Assembly: GCA_001949185.1 (NCBI GenBank)
Contig: BDGG01000001.1
Span: 8,217,067-8,281,066 of the forward strand
Origin: Ramazzottius varieornatus
Taxonomy: Eukaryota; Animalia; Tardigrada
Reading direction: 5' to 3'
Length of the DNA stretch: 64,000 bases
The position numbers and the translations under genes were made by a program. The notes below the pieces were generated by a model. That model saw only the letters and a program-made list of their open reading frames with translations, was not told where the DNA came from and searched no databases. Positions 1 to 12,501 of the stretch are shown piece after piece. Positions within the stretch are counted from its first letter, which is position 1. Each line of letters starts with the position of its first letter.

Positions 1-3000
1 CATCCGCGAGGCCACTATGTGCCACCAAGGACGGTGTGGAGCTGCTGACGATCCCTTCGCTCCACGATTCCGGAAGGGTGGCGGCACGCTCGACATGCAG
101 CGTCACCGTCTCTCCGGTCGACTTTAGGACGTTGACGGCAAAGTCATGCTGACAGTTCCGCACGTCGGTTTCTCCTACCTGTCAAATTCACAACAATAAA
201 CATCAGAATTCGCTTTACTGCTCAGAGACATGTTCCCCGAATCTCCGAAGGAATTCCCTTGCAAGAAAGCCATTGGGGAGCTCGGCAGACAAACTCGCTT
301 AGATAATTTTCTCCAGTGGCGCAAGTTTTCAGCGTTTCTGGTTGACAGCCTGCGCCACTTGAAGAAAACAATCTTCTCGAGCTTGTTTGCCTACTGTGAG
401 TCCCACCTGAAAACTACTGGACTTCTGCACGATCGTTTAGAGACGCACTGATAAAGACAAGCTACTTCTGTCTTCGCCGAAAGCAATCAACAGAACTTCC
501 GGCAGAAATACGGCCGGTGAAATCGCTGAAGGTGATTTCCCCCGAAGACGCATAAACAACAATCAAAAGAATAATGTCCAGAATGACGTTCGGCAACTCG
601 CGAAACGCCAAAGCTCGAGAAATAAAATGAAATTTTACAGCCAATTTTGAGAACTGTCGCGCGGAATGATTTCTCGGTAGGAAATATTTGGAATGGAAAA
701 TGTGCGAGGAAGTGTCGAGTGAAAGATTTACTCACCGCCAGAATTTTGTCCTCGACCTGTAGTCTGCCATCTACCCAAGCAGCTCCGCCTTCGACAATCT
801 TGGTGATAAAAATGCCATTATCGCCCAGGACGTGCTGATTACCAATTCCACCAGCAATGCTAATACCCAAACCTAAACACCAACAAGCAAACCAACCTTT
901 AACCCTTTCACCAACAAGTGCAAACAGCCAATTTGTTCCACCGTGAGTGTTCAGATTTCTTCATCAGCCCAGAATTCCCAGCGAGGCAAACAGGAGCTCG
1001 GCAAACAAACTCGGCTGGGTTTATCCTCCCAAGTGGCGCACGTTTCCCATATCCCTTGCTGGAAGCGTGCTCCACTATGAAAACGCCGATCTTGTCGAGT
1101 TTATATGTAATGGTTTTAATTTTGAAAAAGCTTCTTTTCGCTGGATGATTTACCCTTTCTGGAGAATCTCATTCGGTGTATGGTGTGAAGAGCTATTTCG
1201 AAGACTTTTTCCATGGTAGTAAACACGCCATGAAATTTACATACGGTACCTCGATTGCCTTTGACAATGTCAAAGCGCATCTTCTGGGGCTTTCTTCGCT
1301 TGATGCGTAGCGTCAGGATGTTGCCTGCTCGTCGAAGAGCGGCGACAGCCACTTCGTGGTCGACATCAACGACGGCATCATCGTTGATCTGCAGTACCGT
1401 GTCACCGACCTGAAGAACTCTTCGCTAAGCGAGAGAAACATCGAACAAAGAAAAAAGAGCGAGACCTTACTTTAAGCCGCCCATCTAATTGCGCCGCTCC
1501 GCCCTCGATGATCTTGCTGATGTAGATGGAGGGATCGTTGTCGACGTGTGGATTATCGTTTCCGCCAGAGATGGAAAAGCCCAAGCCCGTTGCACCCTGA
1601 CGAGAACAAATTCCCTTTATTCACTTAAGCTTTGCTCCCTTCATCAGCAAGCTCAATCAATACCAATCATCACGGCAGGGAAGACGGAAGACTTGCTACA
1701 AAGTGATCCAGAGTTACTCACGCGCTCCAGAATAATCTCTTGGTATTCAAAGTCCGAGCCGGAAGCTGCAGCGTCAAGTGCTGCTTGACTGGTTGCTGTT
1801 GCTGGCACAGTATCCCCAAAGGAGTTGAATGAAGAGCGACTGGGCCGCTGACTTGCCTAAAACAACCACAGAAACGTAACTCAATTAACAGGTCGTGTTC
1901 ACCGCACGGCGCGCCACAACAAACACATGGCGTCACCACCACATGACATGCTTTGAGTGGTACAACCAAGCATGCACCGTTGAAAGCCAGCATTGATTAC
2001 TTGATTTGTGTCTACCGAGTCTAACAGAACGGCGCACCATTAGACATGCAGACGTCACAATGGCTTGCCATAAGGCTGGAATTTTGTTAATTGATTACCT
2101 GATTCATGTCTTTCATTCTGGTCAAACTGTTCGAATGCTCGCCATTGTTATACACGGAAACCTTTCTCGATCCATCTCCTGCGTCGTAACCGTTGGCTGA
2201 GGTAGAGTTCTGGGCGGAGAGGTTGGGGGAAGCCAGGAGGTCGTCCATCAGTCCCGTGGAGTTGGAGATTGGTCCACCGGAAACGCTGGCTGTTGCTGCT
2301 GCATCGAGTTGTCGATGCGAAGCCGAAGCGTAGAACGGCGATTGGTTTTGAAACTTACTACTCATTTGTAAGGCTTCTCGCGTCTTTTGTTGCGTGCTCT
2401 TTGCATCGTTCATCAGTGTGGCATCATAGAATTCTTGGATATCTACATACAATGGAACGGAGTTACACAACTAACCGTGGGGGCTATAAAGATTAGAAGG
2501 AAATTAAACGGGCCGATTTGTCAATACCCTCGGCATTCCGCGTTGTTTATTTAGAATTATGAAACTCCATAGTTTGCGGCGATAAGCGACCGAGGCGTGT
2601 TGGCTTACCCAGTAATGCTTGGAAGAGTGAGCTTTTGAATATTTTGATGACTTGTTCCACAGCTTGCCGAAGCTGCTGATCCTGAGGTCGAGAAAGTCGC
2701 GCGTGATACTCTTCCAGAAGCTGGAGCGCTCGATGAGCATCTGTAAACACAGCAAAGAGTCAATCAAACACATCAGTATCAACTTCACAGTGAAGTACCT
2801 AAAAGGAAGAATCAGTCGAGCGTAAAATCAAAAGCGAAAAACAATTGGCACCACTGAATCAGCTTGAGTGGCGCATGAGGTTACGATTTACACTGTGCTG
2901 TGCATTAAGCAGCGTGTGCAGTACCGTGACGCCATGCGCCACCCAGCTGAAGATGCTAATTAATTTAAGGGTTTGGTTGGTCGCGATTCCCGATTAAATT

Positions 3001-3129
3001 TATCGCTTCAATCACTGTCACAGCTTAGAGCGGGCAGCTTCGTTAACCCACTCTAAGGATAACTCAGCATCTTGCCAAGCTGCTACGAGGTCTCAAGGAG
3101 CAATTCTTACCTTCTTTACGCGCGGGCAT
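1..3129 (-). CDS. dlg1: Discs large (MAGUK), 5' part: L27 domain, PDZ1, PDZ2; multi-exon, runs off the window start
   Basis: Spliced reading [56 protein letters not shown] (L27). Exons approx 3111-3129, 2609-2740, then from 2442. PDZ motifs [36 protein letters not shown] and [34 protein letters not shown] introns. Confidence 0.95.
278..403. mobile_element. Intronic palindromic MITE-like element, copy in dlg1 intron
   Basis: gagctcggcagacaaactcg...cagtggcgcaag-N-cctgcgccacttg...aatcttctcgagcttgtttgcc. Confidence 0.8.
994..1102. mobile_element. Intronic palindromic MITE-like element, copy in dlg1 intron
   Basis: gagctcggcaaacaaactcgg...aagtggcgcacg-N-gcgtgctccact...gatcttgtcgagttt. Confidence 0.8.
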
Positions 3130-3952
3130 GTTGACCATACAAACTCAGAATTCCGATGAAGGTAGATAAATTAATTCGGTCAGCGGGCCGATAATTACTC
3201 AGTCTTCTTGGTCCACGACAGTTCGCAGGAAAGTAGAGAGATGTGCTTCCAACAGTACCATGGCAGGGATGACGCTTGGGAAGACTGGGAGAAAACCTTA
3301 ACGGTTAAACGTTTTGCAGAAAGTTTGTTGGCGGAATGCCAAAGAGAAGGAATCTTCTGGCTTTACCGTAAAAACAACACGCAGGTCAAACGGTAGGTAG
3401 GGCGAAGCGGTTACAATGCGAAGATCACGTTGTTATACCAAGCGGACGCAACGGAAACCGCCTCGCATTAGTACGCAAACCCCGCCCTCCGTTACAACGT
3501 CCAGACTTCGAGAGATTCCAGATTTGCAATCGTACATTCGGAACCGGAACAAGACAAATTTTTTCTACAAACCTGCGTATACGTGAAGCAGCTTGAAGAT
3601 CCAACTACTAAGACCAATGCTTCGACTGCCGAAGCACCGTCGTCGCTTCGACCTCGACGGATCAAGCTACCGCAGCTAAAACGAACTGAGAAGCTGGCGA
3701 GTCAAACGCCGGACTGCGAACAAAACCGCATCTATTACGGTAAAATTCTAAACACGGGGATACCAAAACCGAAACACTCTGAGACAAAGATCAGGCTAGA
3801 AAATGGCAAAAACACGACTAGAGCAAAGCCTTGACCGGGAAATCGATCGCCTTTCAGCGCTCGGTACTAGACTATTATCATGCAGAAACTGCAAGAAAAG
3901 AGCAGGGGGAAATTCATCACTTCTTTCGCTGATGTGGAGGACATGCTCAACT

Positions 3953-4705
3953 TTATACATCGACGACCATCTTCTTGTGTACATCGGTGTGACCGACCAC
4001 GGTGCAGAATTCCTCGAAGGAGATCTTGCCTACAAAAAACTCACAAAAATAAGTTTGGGACCCAGGCGCTGGGCAAGCTCGCTCGTCAAGTGGCGCACAC
4101 TTCCACCCAACAACCCCGGAACCGTGCGCCGCTTGCGAGCTCGACAGAATTATTTTTCAATGTGGGGCACGCTACCAGCCAACAAAACTGCAAAGGTGCG
4201 CCACTGACGAAACCGTCTTGTCGAGTTTACTTTGTAACAACACATGACGAAATTGAATACCGCTCTTACCGTCTTGGTCCTTGTCAGCATACATGATGGT
4301 CTTGTCCACAATTTGTTGTAGTTGCGAGTCCTTCAGGTTACTGCCCACCATCATCTTCAGCACTTGGAAGAGTTCTCCATTGGCAATGTACCCATCTCGA
4401 TCGATGTCGTAGATGGAGAAGGCGAAGCGCAACTTGGATTCTTTGTCGCCTTTGACGCTAAACTGCGACACCCCTTGAATGAACTCTTTGAAGTCAACTT
4501 CTCCGTTCCCGTCCGAGTCAAATATGTCTATCACACGCTGGACCAGCGGGTTCTGTTGAAGTTCGGGCAGGGACATGAACTCGTCCACGCTCAACGCTCC
4601 GGAGTTGTCCAAATCGAGCTTCTTGAACCGTTTACCCAGACGGCGGATCTCGTCCGCGTCAAACGTGGAGCACATCTCCAGTTGCAAAGAAGCTTCGTTA
4701 CCCAT
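3953..4705 (-). CDS. CanB: Calcineurin B regulatory subunit (4 EF-hands); exons 4270-4705 and 3953-4029
   Basis: [63 protein letters not shown]... splices (GAC G|gtaag ... tag|GC) to [25 protein letters not shown]. Confidence 0.97.
4066..4230. mobile_element. Intronic palindromic MITE-like element, tandem doublet in CanB intron
   Basis: aagtggcgcacac...gtgcgccgctt followed by tgtggggcacgc...gtgcgccactg...tcttgtcgagttt. Confidence 0.75.
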
Positions 4706-6330
4706 TCTGTCAAGTTTGGTGCAGGCGGTTGTAAAAGACGAAGACCTGCAAAAAGAAAAGTAACATGAAATGACACCAACGACCCCAAATAACCCGCGCA
4801 TGACGTTATACGACAACACGTCCTGTCAAGTTGATCATCTGACACTATCACGAGCTACTCATGATGTCATGGGTCCGTTACGCAAACTTCAAAAAAAGTG
4901 AACCTGACATACTTTTGTTTAACTACTCACTTGACTTTCCTTCGAGCCAGACAAGAACCTTTGCACAGATAGAATCCTGGATGATCAACGGATGTGTTCG
5001 ATGTCTCTCGGAGGAAGTTGGCCCGAACCGAGGAATACTTGTCGACGATGCGACGGTAACTCGTCGGTGAGTCGGTGATGCTGCTGCTTACGGACACGAT
5101 ATGTCGTTCGCGACTCTGCCAAAGTAGTTCGCGTTGTTAACTGCTGAACTCCTTCGTTAGCGTCCTACCTAAAACTACCTCGATGAATGCAATCAAATAT
5201 GAATGGAACAGCAGAAAATGGGAGACCATGCGGACGATGAACGAAGTGTTTACAAACAAGGCTCCCTTTTCCGCTTGGTAGCTTGCACCGAACGAACCGA
5301 AGTGGTGTATGACATGACCACAGTCTGACTAGGACATCACAGAGATACTAGTACAGAAATACTAGTACCAATTCGGAGTTACTGTACTGACCGGTGTCCT
5401 CCCAGATGCGTTACGAAGGAATATATCCGATAGCGGTATTCCCGGAAAACATTTACTGCGTTCCAAATTGCGTTGCTCTCAATGTTGCCATGCGGGACCG
5501 GAAGGACAGAGAAAACTGATTGGTGCTGACGGGTACAGCATAACTGTTGTTCATCGGGATTCGTGAGTCGTGACGATGCTTAAGGGAAGACTGTCGACCC
5601 GCAAGCGTGGTTCTGGAGTACGATCTCGCAAACTATCTAGCCGTGTAGAGGAAACCTTCATCTGCTAGAAAATTTTTCTTATGCATTTGAAATATCCATC
5701 GGCAAAATCACACAAAATCTCTTCAAACAAGGAAGTTACGGGAACTTCAGATTGACCGGTCGAGCAGTGAAAAGGACCCTGCCTGTACCTGGTCTCTTTT
5801 TACTGTTCATTGGTCAGCGTTCTCAGTGACTTGCCTTTTTTCCGCGCGGTGCCTTCAGGGTAATTAGCAAGTCATAAAAGTCGTTGATAACATGACCATA
5901 GAGTGGCCGGGCTCAGCGCATGGACAAAGAGCACGGAATACGGGCGTTAAAAGTGCTCTCACGTTGATGCCATACTGCCAACAGCCGACCCACTCAACTA
6001 CAAAAATCGAATGAAAAATCAGGAGCTGCTCAGAACATCTCAAAATATTCACGGAGCTATCAATAGACAAGAGATGTATAAATATTTCTGCCGAAGGATC
6101 GTCTTTTACAGTGCATAGGTTTCGAGTAATCTTTTTTTAGAGAGTCTCTTCGGTGATTGGAGCGATATCGTTGCGCACCCAGAAATGGTCTTCCGATTCC
6201 ACTCGGCAAAACTCTTCATCTGATTGAGATGTACACAATAATTTTTGAACTGAGCAATTCAGGCCACTCTCCGATTTCTAGTGAATTTAATCCCGATTTC
6301 CGTTCAATGCAGCTTTAGAATCATCGTAAC

Positions 6331-6622
6331 TAGACTTGCTGGAAATTCTCAGTTTCTGGCGAATTTGGCGAACGAAGGAACAGGTGTCGAGCGCAGGTGT
6401 GCAGTGGGCATCAGAACATGACGGCACGCACCTAAAAACAGCGGTTCCGTCACCGTTTGACTTGATTGAATTCATTCGAACGCTGAACAACTACAAGACT
6501 GCTTGGTTGACGAAAATTTGCACTGCGTGCATTCAGCCGGTAAAGAGAGGCTGAACAAAGCAGTTGAATTGAGCCAATCGCGAATTTATTCAGGAAATGG
6601 AGAATTTCCAGCAACTCCAATC
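6331..6622 (-). repeat. ~290-bp segment nearly identical to 58056-58342 (internal part of the hAT-like element)
   Basis: Direct match from tagacttgctggaaattctcagtttctggcg to ...ggagaatt...cagcaactc at both loci. Confidence 0.9.
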
Positions 6623-8732
6623 GAAACGTACTTTTGCAAAACCGTTTTCGCCAAAGTATACTAAGATCAGTTGTTTGACTAAGCAACATTTCTTGTGAGT
6701 AAGATTTCGTTTGGGTAATGGACTACGCCCGTCGACTCGAGAGCTACTCGAGCTAGATCAGTCTTCCCTTAAGCTTAAAACTGTGCAGAAGAAATCCCGT
6801 GGTTCTTGCTCGCAGGGACAGGAACGCTCTGTCAAAGTCAAGCGAGGTATTTTATGCCATGTTTTACGGACCAGTCGCACAGCGGAGAAATCCAGACGAA
6901 ATTATCGAAGAAGATGATGTAGATTCCGAGGCTTTTTCCATTATGCTGCAGCGAGTATGAATTCAAAAACAGCAAGCGAGAAAGCTGCACGGATTATTTC
7001 GATTTTCGCTCGCCAAATCCGCGATGAGAGTTTTCCCAAGTTACGAACGGCTTTAGCTTTTAAACATGAGACTGTGCGTCACTTGGGAAAACAATCTTTC
7101 TGAGGTGGTTTGCCGGGCTTTCATCTGTCTTTCAAGGTACGCGTACATGTACACCGACTCCATCGGACCTATCGGGCAAGATAATCGCGATCCCTTCGGC
7201 AACAAAGTCGGACTAGCTTTCCAGACTATAAAGTGTGCCGGAAAATACGATGTGCCAGGTCTGCTTATGCTGGCTCGCAGCTGGATTCTGGAATCTGGAC
7301 GATATCGCAAGAACCTTCGAGACCTCGGACAGTGTCGCGGAATATGAACTTCATTACGCCCTCTATACGTATGTAAGGTCCAAGATATCTGCGCGAGTAC
7401 TGCACTGAATGGGCACAAATATGTTGGTTGGTTTTCGTCCCAGGCGCGCGGAACCCGGCCGAGTGGATGGACAAGCCGATTGTAAAGGCTGTCTGGCGGG
7501 AAATCGATGCCCTCGCCATTGCGGTTCTTGGGGTTCTGATGAAGTCCTATGGACCGTGGACGACGCCTTCATGATGGAACTCAGCTCCAGTAAAACACCG
7601 AAAACATATATAACACTTCCGACATGACATTCCAGAAGCAGCAGTCATCTAACCAGTGGCTATCTTTTAAGCTCATGTGTTCTACCCAAACTTCCTGGTG
7701 ACGTCTCGCAAGCGAAGGCTCAAATGAAATTGAAACAGCTCGTCGCCTCCATCGCTGAACAAATTTTCGTTACTGACAGTCTGGCAGCCACACGTGTCAC
7801 GTACGTTTTTCCACTTTTGGTATGCCGGGCTGACAACTTCCGTGTTCGAACTAGCTGGGTGATCTCCCTCCTCCCACTGCCAGATGAACCTCGGGTCACG
7901 TCGGCGGGTACGCTGGCTGGGTATCCGCTCAATAAGACAAAACATCCGTCCAAAGACTGCCCATGCTGTAGCGTCCAAGAACCACCGTTCCGTTGTGTTG
8001 AGTGAAATGCAGCGAGAGCTAACTTTGCGATCATTTCGCAAGGCCAAGACGACCGTTCGTTTGCAGAATGAAGTGCAAATTGTAACAGCGGACAACATAC
8101 TTCTGTACTCGACCATAAGCTTTACCACACTGACCAGAGGACGATAGCTGACGCATATGCTATATGTGGTGAATTTACTGTATACAGTACTAACTACTGT
8201 ACTTAAAGTACCAACTATTCAAAGCGTAAAAATTCGACAAGACCCACGCCGGGTTCGCCGACCTCGACGTTTCTTGTGATGCTACTTACAAACTCAGTTT
8301 TCACAAACTTGCTCCAGCAATGATGAGTAGCCAGGCATTTGAAACGTTTTTGTCGATTTCTGCTTTCTTCCATAGTTATAATTCAGCAAAAGTCCCACTC
8401 AACATAGTATCCCCGTTCCTACTTTGTAATTATCTGTAGGTATTTTCGTTATCTCGAAAGTTCTTGACTCAGTAAAGCGAACAATCAACAACAAAAATGG
8501 TGGCCATAAACTTCCGCTTTGGGCGCATAGCTGTGGTCGTTGGCCTCCAATGAATGATCTTTGCTTGCAAGATTGTAACTTTGCTCTGACCACCAGGATG
8601 TAGTAACAAAGAACAAAGAGCATACTGTGGGCTTTGCTACGACCATCAATCATCGACCATCGACCATCGGTATAAAGGCCGCCAGAAACTTGTCGACTGT
8701 CGGTTAGTGCATTGCAAGACTGAACTGTAAAA

Positions 8733-9754
8733 ATGACGGTCGCGATCGACGAGTCCTCTGTATTCGATACTACGAGAGCGGTTCGATATTACATCAGTAG
8801 GCATCTTCTCAACATAGCTTTTTTGTCCGCTTTGTGCCTGTGCCTCATCGGCGTTTTAGGTGTTTCGCGATCAATGGTCCCCTTCACCCCCCCCCCTACG
8901 ATTTCGACCTTCTTAGGAGGGAACATCACTCGAATGACAGAGCCATCCATACAACTTCTGTATCTAACAGTTCCGAACTGCTGGTTCATTTCTTCAAACT
9001 ATATGCGACACAGAACCCAACGGTGGCCGATCAGCTTTCCTTTCTCGAATGCCTCAGTCTCAGATCCGTCGTGAAGAACCTAAAGCCGGACCAGATTATC
9101 ATACACACCAATGTCGTGGATTTCTGGCCACTGGATTCTTGTAACGAACTGGTGACCAATTGGACTGGCATCCATCTCAAGTACCTGCCACGAAGATTCA
9201 CGATGAAAGGCCAGAGAATAAAGTGGATCTCTCACGAGGTCGACATAGCCAAACTTTCGGTTCTGCGTCACTATGGTGGACTGACCTTGGACTTTGACGT
9301 ATTTATCATCAACGGGACGGAAGTACGACGGCTGCTAAATTCGGCGCCTTGTATCATCTGCGATGAGAACCCGAAAGACCGTGACGGCTTTAAGGTAAAT
9401 GCGGGTTTCTTTGGATGCTTTCATAAGGAGCTCGCGCAATACCCGGCACTCATCAGAGAACAGTCATATGACGCGGACTACAAAGCAAGTAAATGGGTGT
9501 ACAACATTGGCTTGAAGGCAATGAAGATCCTTAGAAAGTACCCGAAAACGGCAGTGTTGGTGGAGAACATATGCAACAACCCGGCCTGGGACAACATCTC
9601 GTCATTCATGCAGACAAGAAATTCGGCAGACTGGTCAACCAAGCCAGCTTTCCACACTTACTTTCATGAGAAAAATTTTAAGAGATCAGATGCGCTGAAA
9701 ATGAATTCTACCGCCGGCGATATGTTCCGTTGGATATTAAAAAATGGAAACTGA
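8733..9754 (+). CDS. Type II membrane DxD glycosyltransferase (GT32 / alpha-1,4-GT-like), apparently intronless, frameshifted at a C10 tract (8887-8896)
   Basis: N-terminal signal anchor LLNIAFLSALCLCLIGVLGV is in frame 8733. The catalytic part (HEVDIAKLSVLRHYGGLTLDFDVFII) is in frame 8834. C11 or C8 would fuse them. Confidence 0.75.
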
Positions 9755-11945
9755 TGTCGCTTGCTGTGCAACATTAAGACCGAAAAAAATTACAAAAAAA
9801 CGAAAACATGTTGTACAGTAGTTGGGCGAGGCGTACACCTGGAATTCCGAGTCTATAAGGCTTACAGACCGAAGGTCGTCGTCGTGCGCCGTGTGGTAGC
9901 ATAAATCACGCCTTCGACTCCATGCCTAATCTTTTCTGTCCGAAAAATTCACATCGAGCACAGTCTCTTTCGGATGTGACTCTTGATGCCACTCGTCCAA
10001 GAAATCTTGGCCCTGAAGTATACCCTTGAGCAAAAGACTATTCTATCTACTGTTATTTATGAAAAGGAGAAACGATAAATTCCGCCAAAGGCGAGATATA
10101 CGAATTTTCAAAACTTCCCTCCGAAAAACCGCAAAGTTTTACTGACAGACCTCATAATTATGCGGGTTCGCGCTCGCTTGATTGATTGATCCATAATTAG
10201 AACTCGAATTTTTTTCATAACTGGAATTCGTTAGCGATAATAGGTTTTACTTGCAGTCAGCTGATCACGTAGACTTAAGGCTAGCATCAGTGTTATTTTA
10301 CTACGACAGTAAAATTAATAGAGAATCCAGCCCCAATGCTAAGTCTACGGCTACANNNNNNNNNNNNNNNNNNNNNNNNNNNNNNNNNNNNNNNNNNNNN
10401 NNNNNCGCTGTAGCCGTAGACTTGAAGACTTGTAGCCGTGAAACCGCGAATCTGCAGCCCGGAGTCGATCGTATCCGACCCCAAATCGCGTCTCAAGTTG
10501 TGCATTACCAAGTGCAGCCTCTGTTCCACAGAAGGGGCCGACAGATTAATCGAAATCCGACCTGGACTGAAGGCTAAACGGTCGGACTAACTGTTCTATT
10601 CTGAGTCGTTGAACTGATCCTCCTCGGTTTCCAACCGGATAAAAGATTGGTTGGATGGACCTCCTGACCGGATCCGAAGCGGATGGTTGGTATCCTATCC
10701 GGTTGGCGGCTGGATGGTTGAAGACCATCCAATCTGAATTCTCTCCGGATGGATCCGGATCCATTCGTTAGTGAATTGGTTTTCAACAACCCTAGATATG
10801 GTCGATCGATAGATCCCGTCGAGCTGTCTAAGGAACGTATCAGGGACGAAAAATAATGCCCCCGGGGGGAGCAAATTCTACCGACTTCTCTCACGTCACC
10901 GCCCCTTCTTCCGCGCTCTTCTGTAATATTGCATGAGGTGGCCGCGCAGACTCGCATCTGGCCGTTCTGGTGCATGCACCACATGGATTTATCGGTGTGC
11001 TTGGCTCAACCTGGTTGGCCTACATCTCGGAGTCCACTGCGCCAGTCTGGTGAATTACCCTCTTCGACAAGACTACACACTTGGCCTGAACCATCGCATT
11101 GCTCAGATACGCAAGCACCAAATCGCTCAACAGATCAACAAGCCATGGCACGATGACAAGAATGTTGCGAAGAGGGAGAACAAGGAGCGCAAGAAGAACG
11201 AGATCGGAGGGCACGAAGCCATCGCCAATCCCTCCGCAGGCCCCTTCTTATGAGCTATTCAATTTCAGGCTCGTGGATGGAAACATTATGTGATTTTTCT
11301 AGGGGTCCCTCAGTGTCCTGAGTAATCAACATCGCAAGTTCAGAGCTCAGTCTGTGGAAAAACTTTCAGTGAGCCCTCGCTACAAGAAGTCCCTGGGCCC
11401 CACGCTGCGTCACCAGGCCGTTCGACGTATCAAGTCACCCAAAGGAGGAGAGCGGGGTCACACGGAAATCGTTCCATTGGGCAAAAGAAGTTTCACAGTA
11501 CCACGTTCCTGATGGCAAAGTGACAGAGAATCTTCTCATTCGAGATGGTCAGCCAATCACGCGATAAGAACTCGACCACCAACGCTTCATCGACGGTCTG
11601 CCAAATTTCGTTAGGTGCTCGAAGGGCCATTTCGGTAAAACGTTGATCTTTCGCCAGACAGCCCCAATCACCCCATTGCTTTTCCGTTTCCGATTTGGAG
11701 GCTGATGATTTGCAATTACAAAACTTTCCGCGTGCAAAAACGATGTGAGCGCTGTCATTCAGATGCTGTACTGTATAATCTTGACACTCTCTTACATCAA
11801 GAGCATACAGCAGCTCGTTTTCGCCCAGATGTTCCTGTTATAGTAGTCATATCAAGAGTCCTTCCGGTACCTGTGGGCTTCTGTCAGCTTCTTGCCCTTC
11901 GGGGCTAACGTCAAAGTGGCGTTGAATGGAACAGTCTTGTTTTTC

Positions 11946-12501
11946 CATATGGGTTTCGTCAAATAAAAAATGGATTTTTCAAAGTTTTCCAAATTCTTCA
12001 GGAGACGCATTTCTAGATTTTGCGTTCGGGTATCCAGTTGAAGGTACTGGTGTAGGTTTGTAGGAAACTTAATGGCTTATCGAAGTTACGTAACAGAAGT
12101 CCTGTCCGATAACTAGTGAAAAAGTTGTGGAAGGTAGAAAATTGGGGTCCAGTATTTGACAGCTTCATAGACTTCAGGCAGAACGTCATGCATTGCGTAA
12201 AGGATCCGTTGACAGACGGGTAGGAAAAGCTGTCTGCACTGGGTTGAACGTGACGCCTTACAATGACATCAGGTGTGAATTCTGTGATGACGTACAAGGT
12301 GGGTAGAACTAACCATTGTAAAAATGGAAATTCATTGAATTCATTGTAAAGGTGGAAATTCACTGAAAATCTATTTCTTCAAATCTATTCATGTGATTTC
12401 GTGACCGTTGGTACCATTGGAAAGCCCGCATTTTTCTCTACAAAAAGCATAATTCGGAATTATCGCGAAAACTCCGTTTTCTATTTGACAAAACCCATAT
12501 G
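11946..12501. mobile_element. Non-autonomous DNA transposon (MITE), ~35-bp imperfect TIRs
   Basis: catatgggtttcgtcaaataaaaaatggattttt vs aaactccgttttctatttgacaaaacccatatg. Confidence 0.75.

Noticed and set aside
4322-4768. Plus-strand ORFs overlapping CanB (and similar antisense ORFs over GPR89, MRPS27 and the Ly6 gene)
   Set aside because: These are antisense shadows of real coding exons with no recognisable motifs.
4858-4912. Possible C/D-box snoRNA (ATGATG...CTGA)
   Set aside because: The C box is imperfect, there is no convincing terminal stem or rRNA antisense element, and it is on the strand opposite CanB.
7066-8005. Short coding-like plus-strand ORFs (also 10929-11253, 14254-14578, 18974-19240, 59911-60090)
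   Set aside because: No recognisable domain or consistent exon chain could be built by eye.
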